DNA of 64,000 nucleotides from Actinomycetes bacterium (GTDB lineage Bacteria; Actinomycetota; Thermoleophilia; RBG-16-64-13): NCBI GenBank assembly GCA_024637095.1, contig JAGXFV010000024.1, positions 770 to 64,769 of the forward strand, read 5' to 3'. Shown piece by piece: positions 59,761 to 64,000 of this stretch (position 1 is its first letter; each line of letters starts with the position of its first letter). The notes under the pieces were generated by a model. It saw only the letters and a program-made list of their open reading frames with translations, ran no database searches and was not told where the DNA came from. The position numbers and the translations under genes were made by a program.

Positions 59761-60357
59761 TCAGCCCGTCGAGAATCGCACCATATCCGCCGACTTCTTG
59801 CCATCTCTGTCCACGTAGAAGACGTCCACCGACTGGTATGCGGTGTTGAAGTGCACCACCAGTGATCCCGCCAAGAACTCTCGGTTCATCGCGTACGGTT
59901 GGGCATTGAACATTTCGTAGCCAACTACCGAGTTGTCGCTGATGAGCACCGCCGGGGAGGCCGAGGAACGGTCGGCTGGGATCGCTCTGCTGTTCAAGAC
60001 GACATCGGCCCGAGAGGCGTCGGCCTGAGGGTTGGTGTACCTTGCCGCGCCTTGTGCCAATCCGAGATCGCGCTCCAGCCGATTGCTCAGGTACCTGTCC
60101 GGGCTGCCCTCATCGGTTGGATGATATTCGCTGTCCCATCCATAGAGCATCTCCTCTTCCACGAGGCTCGCCAGGTTGCCCGCGTTCGCCGCGAGGACTG
60201 CCTTGGCACTCGCCGAATGCAGCGTCGGTACCCCGAGCACAACCACAACTGCAACAATCGCGATGATCACCAGGAGCTCTAGCGCGCCGAAGCCATCGGG
60301 GCGGAAGAACCGTTTTGGGGAGCAGTCGGGGCCCCGTTGGAGTTGACGAAATAGCAT
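59761..60357 (-). CDS. Type IV pilin/pseudopilin-like protein with a prepilin N-terminal cleavage/methylation motif
   Basis: ...RPDG|FGALELLVIIAIVAVVVVLG (Gly-1, Phe+1, Glu+5, hydrophobic helix); 198 aa from ATG 60357; the ORF track start at 61122 is antisense-like, Arg-rich, and rejected. Confidence 0.6.
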   Translation of the reverse strand: MLFRQLQRGPDCSPKRFFRPDGFGALELLVIIAIVAVVVVLGVPTLHSASAKAVLAANAGNLASLVEEEMLYGWDSEYHPTDEGSPDRYLSNRLERDLGLAQGAARYTNPQADASRADVVLNSRAIPADRSSASPAVLISDNSVVGYEMFNAQPYAMNREFLAGSLVVHFNTAYQSVDVFYVDRDGKKSADMVRFSTG

Positions 60358-60371
60358 GGCAGATGACCGCC

Positions 60372-61244
60372 CTACTCCGCTGCGCCGCGCACGGCGCTCT
60401 CTCGGTTGGTCCGGGCAAACTCGAGGTAACTCGCCCATCCGAAGAGGATCCACGACACCATGTACCCAGCGTCGGACAGCCCGCCCGCTTGAAGGGCCCC
60501 CTGTATACCCTGGTAGCCGAATACGACGTCGGCTCCAAGGCCCACGATGAGCCCTGCGCCCAGCAACCAGAGCGAACCATCGATGTGATCCGTGCCGCGA
60601 CGAATCAGGAGCGCCGCCAAACCGGCAAGCAGAAACAGATCGCCCACAGGGTATCCGGCGGAGAGAGAATAGGCCAGAAGGTCGTCTCGGGGGGATCCAA
60701 GCGTCGGGACCAGGTAGAAGTACACCAACATCGCGCCCCCGGCCCCGATGAAGACGTTCAGGTTTACCGACAAGAACCCGAGGCGCACGCGGTCGCGCCC
60801 ACGCCGAGATAGGCAGACCAGACCGGCAAACATCAAGGGATAATAAGCTAAATAGGCCGCGTCGGCCGCCGAAGGGAAGGGCGTTGTTCCGCGGATGTTC
60901 TGGTAGTAGAAGTACAGAAAATCGCCTACAAAGAAGCCGGCAAAGCCAAGCGAGAGCAACCGCCAGGCCGTCTTTGACCGGTGATCGGATTGACCCTGTG
61001 CGGTACTCCACGCGAGCAGCGTGGCCGCCAAACCCACCGGGAGCATACCCAGGTTGGCGTAGAGGGATCGTTCCCCCACGTCTCCCCAGTTGAGGAGGAC
61101 CCCGAGGAGATACACAGCGCACAACCCGGTGGCCGCGAGAATAGTGAGAAACCAGGGGCGGGCCATCTGGTACTTGACCGCCTGGACAAGCGGTCGTGAC
61201 CTATGTGCCACGCTCGTCTCTGCTTCCGCGATCAGAGCCTCCAA
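60372..61244 (-). CDS. Polytopic membrane protein (>=7 TM), hypothetical; the start is uncertain (possibly M28 at ~61163)
   Basis: ...MARPWFLTILAATGLCAVYLLGVLLNW...GFAGFFVGDFLYFYYQNI... Confidence 0.5.
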   Translation of the reverse strand: MEALIAEAETSVAHRSRPLVQAVKYQMARPWFLTILAATGLCAVYLLGVLLNWGDVGERSLYANLGMLPVGLAATLLAWSTAQGQSDHRSKTAWRLLSLGFAGFFVGDFLYFYYQNIRGTTPFPSAADAAYLAYYPLMFAGLVCLSRRGRDRVRLGFLSVNLNVFIGAGGAMLVYFYLVPTLGSPRDDLLAYSLSAGYPVGDLFLLAGLAALLIRRGTDHIDGSLWLLGAGLIVGLGADVVFGYQGIQGALQAGGLSDAGYMVSWILFGWASYLEFARTNRESAVRGAAE

Positions 61245-61477
61245 TCATCCTGCTTGAGATTGCCAGCCCCGTGATCGAATGACCCTCAGCTTGGCTTCTT
61301 CTATCGGACTCCACCGGCGTTAGCTTGAGTGGTCTTGCCCCGATTCCGTTGACCCGTCAGTCCGCTGGCGGAAGCCAAGAGCAGCAGGGCCAAGAAGAGG
61401 CCAACATGGAAACGAATATGCCCGGTTCTGCCTTTGAGGCCGGTGGAACTGTCCCCACCTCATCCGGTTTTCTCTTT

Positions 61478-61513
61478 AAGCCGACGAGGGGACTCGAACC
61501 CCTGACCTGCTCA
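61478..61513 (-). repeat. Copy 2 of the tRNA-3'-half-like direct repeat (same orientation as copy 1)
   Basis: Plus strand aagccgacgaggggactcgaacccctgacctgctca; the minus strand reads ...CTCGTAA-TGAGC-AGGTC-AGGGG-TTCGAGT-CCCCT-CGTCGGC-T (anticodon-arm 3' side, T-arm, acceptor 3' strand), with no D-arm or 5' acceptor strand upstream. Confidence 0.7.
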
Positions 61514-61621
61514 TTACGAGTGAGGGAAAATAGCGGCTTTTCCAGGTAAAACCTCTCCCTCTGCCGCCTCGTAAGCGATACGTAAGCAGAGAGGCGACCA
61601 TGTAAAGCGCCCCGGCAGCGC

Positions 61622-62221
61622 GTGAATGCTCCGGGGCCGGCACAGGACGATAGCTCCCATGCAGACCAAAGAGTACAGCAGCACCGCCCCCCCCCACTCG
61701 GCATTACCTATCTGGGGGACACGCTCCTCAGGGCGGCGGCTACGCTCCTCGAGGCCTTAGCAAAGCACGACCATAGCCACCTCAACTATCAGTGGATCTC
61801 TCGCATCATTCGCGGCGACGCCGGCCACGCCGGCGAAGGCTTCCCGGGCGAGGATTGGGAAGGCGCCTCCACTGGAGCTATGAGGCTCCGCGCCGCCCTG
61901 GTGCTCTTGGAGATGGTCCCGGCGGGAGATCCGCTCGAGGAAGAGATCCGCTCCCGGGCCGCGTCGCTTCGCCAGCATTCGGAATACATCGGGCAACTCG
62001 AGCGGCCGCTAGATCGAGTCAGAAGAGGAGGCGTAGACGTGACGGGTCGAGAAGCTCTCGAGCGCTGCGTGGAGATCCTCGAGCAGGTGGAGGAGGGGAG
62101 CGAGCGTAGCGAGACGGCCGCTGCCCTCGCCAACTGGATCGAGCACAAGCTCGCGCCCGTGACAGAAGCAGAGCGCCGCCAGTGGCAGAAGTGGGTGGCC
62201 GGGCACGGCGCGAAGAGGTAG
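61622..62221 (+). CDS. Hypothetical protein; the start is uncertain, and a C9 homopolymer lies near the 5' end
   Basis: 199 aa ...LLEALAKHDHSHLNYQWISRIIRGDAGHAGEGF...; no recognisable family. Confidence 0.4.
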   Translation: MNAPGPAQDDSSHADQRVQQHRPPPLGITYLGDTLLRAAATLLEALAKHDHSHLNYQWISRIIRGDAGHAGEGFPGEDWEGASTGAMRLRAALVLLEMVPAGDPLEEEIRSRAASLRQHSEYIGQLERPLDRVRRGGVDVTGREALERCVEILEQVEEGSERSETAAALANWIEHKLAPVTEAERRQWQKWVAGHGAKR

Positions 62222-62365
62222 GAACACCCGCGGAACCAGCTCAGAGCCCGTCAGATCGCCTTCTGAGAGCCTCGCAGGGTAAAGGGAGCCCCCAAACGGG
62301 CGAGCCTTCTTATGGGCTACCGGGAGGGGGCTTTCGTGTTGGGTTCAGACTGTAGGTCTTTCGAC

Positions 62366-63322
62366 TTACTCTTCTTCGGCTCTCAAGTAGTCCACGAGTT
62401 GGCGGCCCAAGTCCGTAAGGAGCACTTTCGTGGTCTCCGCCCCACTAGCCGTCATCATTCCCCCGAGTCCTCCCGTAGCTAGGTTCTCTTCCTGTAGGGC
62501 CTGGAACAACTCGTTCACCCGCTCCAAAGGAAGCCCTGTCCGCCGAGAAAGCGTCCCCCCGCGGCTACCGGCTATCAGGCTTTCTTGCCCACTGCCTGGA
62601 CCCTCGTCACTGACAATAGCCGCCAACAAGCGGAGGTGATCTTCCTGGAGCTCGTCTAGCCTCCTCAGAATCCGCCTCTTTGCTTCATATGGCTGGCGCG
62701 AGGGCTGGCGGAGGTCATTGGTGATGAAGCGAGCGAACATTTGTCGCTTAGTCTCGGAGCGCGTCCGTGCGGCCTTGGATAGCGTCTCCTCGAGGAGGTC
62801 CTCGAAGTCCTCGCTCCCAATGTATCCCTCGTCTATCTCTACTCTCATCTCGCCCAACTCCCAGCGCATTCGATCCACAGTCTCGGCCACGCGCCGTAGC
62901 TTCCGATCGACTAGGGCGCCGGAAGCTACGGCGCTTACAACCCCGCCCACTGGCCCGAGTACACTAGTAAGGGCGCTAATGGAGTCCGCCAAGGTCTGCC
63001 CACCGTCTGTATCCAGCCAGGATTCCGGGATCTCGATTTCGCCGGCCACCTTGTGACACCTCCAGTGAAGTAGTGCGCTAGCAGCATGAACACTAGCAGG
63101 GGGAAGCGAAGAGAAGATAGAACGCTGGAGGCCTGACTCCCCGCGTCGCGTCCTTATTTCTACCTCCGCCGGCTCCCCAGGGGGCAAGGAAAAGAGCCTA
63201 CTCCGCCCATCGATCTTTGCCGGCAGCGGCAGCACGTTGACGTCTGCGAGAGTGAAGACGTAAGGGAACTCTTCCGCGTACCTCCGAACCGGATGCATCA
63301 TGCGCTCTGGCGACGTTTCCAC
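62366..63322 (-). CDS. Hypothetical protein (318 aa) with atypical codon usage (third positions A/T-rich). A C-terminal winged-helix-like segment is plausible. It is possibly longer at the 5' end through a frame change (see findings).
   Basis: ...EDFEDLLEETLSKAARTRSETKRQMFARFITNDLRQPSRQPYEAKRRILRRLDELQEDHLRLL...LSRRTGLPLERVNELFQALQEENL... Confidence 0.5.
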   Translation of the reverse strand: METSPERMMHPVRRYAEEFPYVFTLADVNVLPLPAKIDGRSRLFSLPPGEPAEVEIRTRRGESGLQRSIFSSLPPASVHAASALLHWRCHKVAGEIEIPESWLDTDGGQTLADSISALTSVLGPVGGVVSAVASGALVDRKLRRVAETVDRMRWELGEMRVEIDEGYIGSEDFEDLLEETLSKAARTRSETKRQMFARFITNDLRQPSRQPYEAKRRILRRLDELQEDHLRLLAAIVSDEGPGSGQESLIAGSRGGTLSRRTGLPLERVNELFQALQEENLATGGLGGMMTASGAETTKVLLTDLGRQLVDYLRAEEE

Positions 63323-63661
63323 AGTGGCGGAGGCGACAACACCGAGGCCGGCCGCGTAGAAGGCCGCCTTGTCACCAGCCTCCAGGTGGACGCGCCGCCC
63401 GGTCGATTCTCTGAACCAAATCCATGCCGATCAATTACCAGTTCCTGGACCGCCTCTCGCACTCTCTGGTGCCGATAGGGCCCCACCGGGATGATCCAGT
63501 ACCGAGAATCAGGAGTCGCCATCTCACCTCCACCCGACGCGAGAGGTAGCCTCTATCTCTTTTCGCGCAAGACTAACCCGCAATAGTGCGAGGTAGTCCG
63601 GTCCATCTCGGTCTACTCCACATAATTCCGGGACGACCGGAGGCGTTCCGATAGACGCGAT

Positions 63662-63964
63662 TCAACTGAAGAGGTACTGGATGAGGTCCTCTGGTACACC
63701 GTAGTCTCTTAGTTCGTCTTCCCAGACATCTGACCCAAGGGTCAGCACGGTCCACCTGCCGTCGGCCTTTTCCGCTGCAAAAGCCGCAAAACCTACGTGC
63801 TCCGAGTCGACTACCCCCACAGCCCAGGACCCGGAAACACGATACTTGTAGAAGGTAAAGGTGTTCCAGGTTTGCTCTGAAATTTTCTCTTGAAGGGCTT
63901 CTCTTACACCCCCGAGTTCCGTTACCGGTGGAGGACTGCTGCTATTTAGCAACGCGTTATACAA
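63662..63964 (-). CDS. Small hypothetical protein (100 aa) with atypical codon usage
   Basis: MYNALLNSSSPPPVTELGGVREALQEKISEQTWNTFTFYKYRVSGSWAVGVVDSEHVGFAAFAAEKADGRWTVLTLGSDVWEDELRDYGVPEDLIQYLFS. Confidence 0.4.
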   Translation of the reverse strand: MYNALLNSSSPPPVTELGGVREALQEKISEQTWNTFTFYKYRVSGSWAVGVVDSEHVGFAAFAAEKADGRWTVLTLGSDVWEDELRDYGVPEDLIQYLFS

Positions 63965-64000
63965 AACCTTTGCGGCGTGGCCGCGGGTAGCCTTACCCGT

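Noticed and set aside
59761-61122. 453-aa extent of the pilin-like ORF
   Set aside because: The N-terminal 255 residues are Arg/Pro/Gly-rich and overlap the upstream membrane-protein gene in another frame. The credible protein starts at ATG 60357.

Overview
GC-rich bacterial chromosomal segment; in the conserved genes nearly every third codon position is G or C. It has three parts.

(1) Positions 1-36.9 kb hold the conserved translation and transcription gene cluster, entirely on the minus strand. Reading 5'->3' on the minus strand the order is: tRNA-Tyr/Thr/Met, rpmG, tRNA-Trp, secE, nusG, rplK, rplA, [nrfH-nrfA on the plus strand], rplJ, rplL, rpoB, rpoC, rpsL, rpsG, fusA, tuf, then S10/spc/alpha genes rpsJ through rplQ, then a fused ecfA1-ecfA2 ATPase that runs off the window. 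The ORF track omits genes shorter than 60 aa (rpmJ, rpmG) and genes cut by the window edge (ecfA). It also uses longest-ORF starts that allow TTG and GTG, so several N-termini are over-extended; I corrected these where a conserved N-terminus was recognisable.

(2) Positions 36.9-42.3 kb carry core housekeeping genes: a KefB-like antiporter, a small hypothetical protein translationally coupled to a quinone oxidoreductase, small membrane and lipoprotein genes, and a rhodanese lipoprotein.

(3) Positions 42.3-64 kb are an accessory region. It is bracketed by two direct-repeat copies of a tRNA-3'-half-like sequence. It contains transporters, a catalase, a TetR/ABC-2 efflux set, gene fragments, a VapBC-like toxin-antitoxin pair, an IS256-like transposase remnant, a two-component system with a secreted acidic protein, a lipoprotein, an orphan pilin-like protein and a polytopic membrane protein, and a final patch from about 61.3 kb onward with clearly foreign codon usage.

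Most unusual observations: a second copy of an RNAP alpha-CTD-like helix-hairpin-helix domain at the C-terminus of beta' (RpoC); a cytochrome c nitrite reductase operon (nrfHA) inserted between rplJ and rplA; an L24 with a C4 zinc ribbon; long acidic tails on L30, RpoB and RpoA; and a collagen-like GPS/GPT repeat linker inside the fused EcfA ATPase. No CRISPR array and no rRNA were seen.
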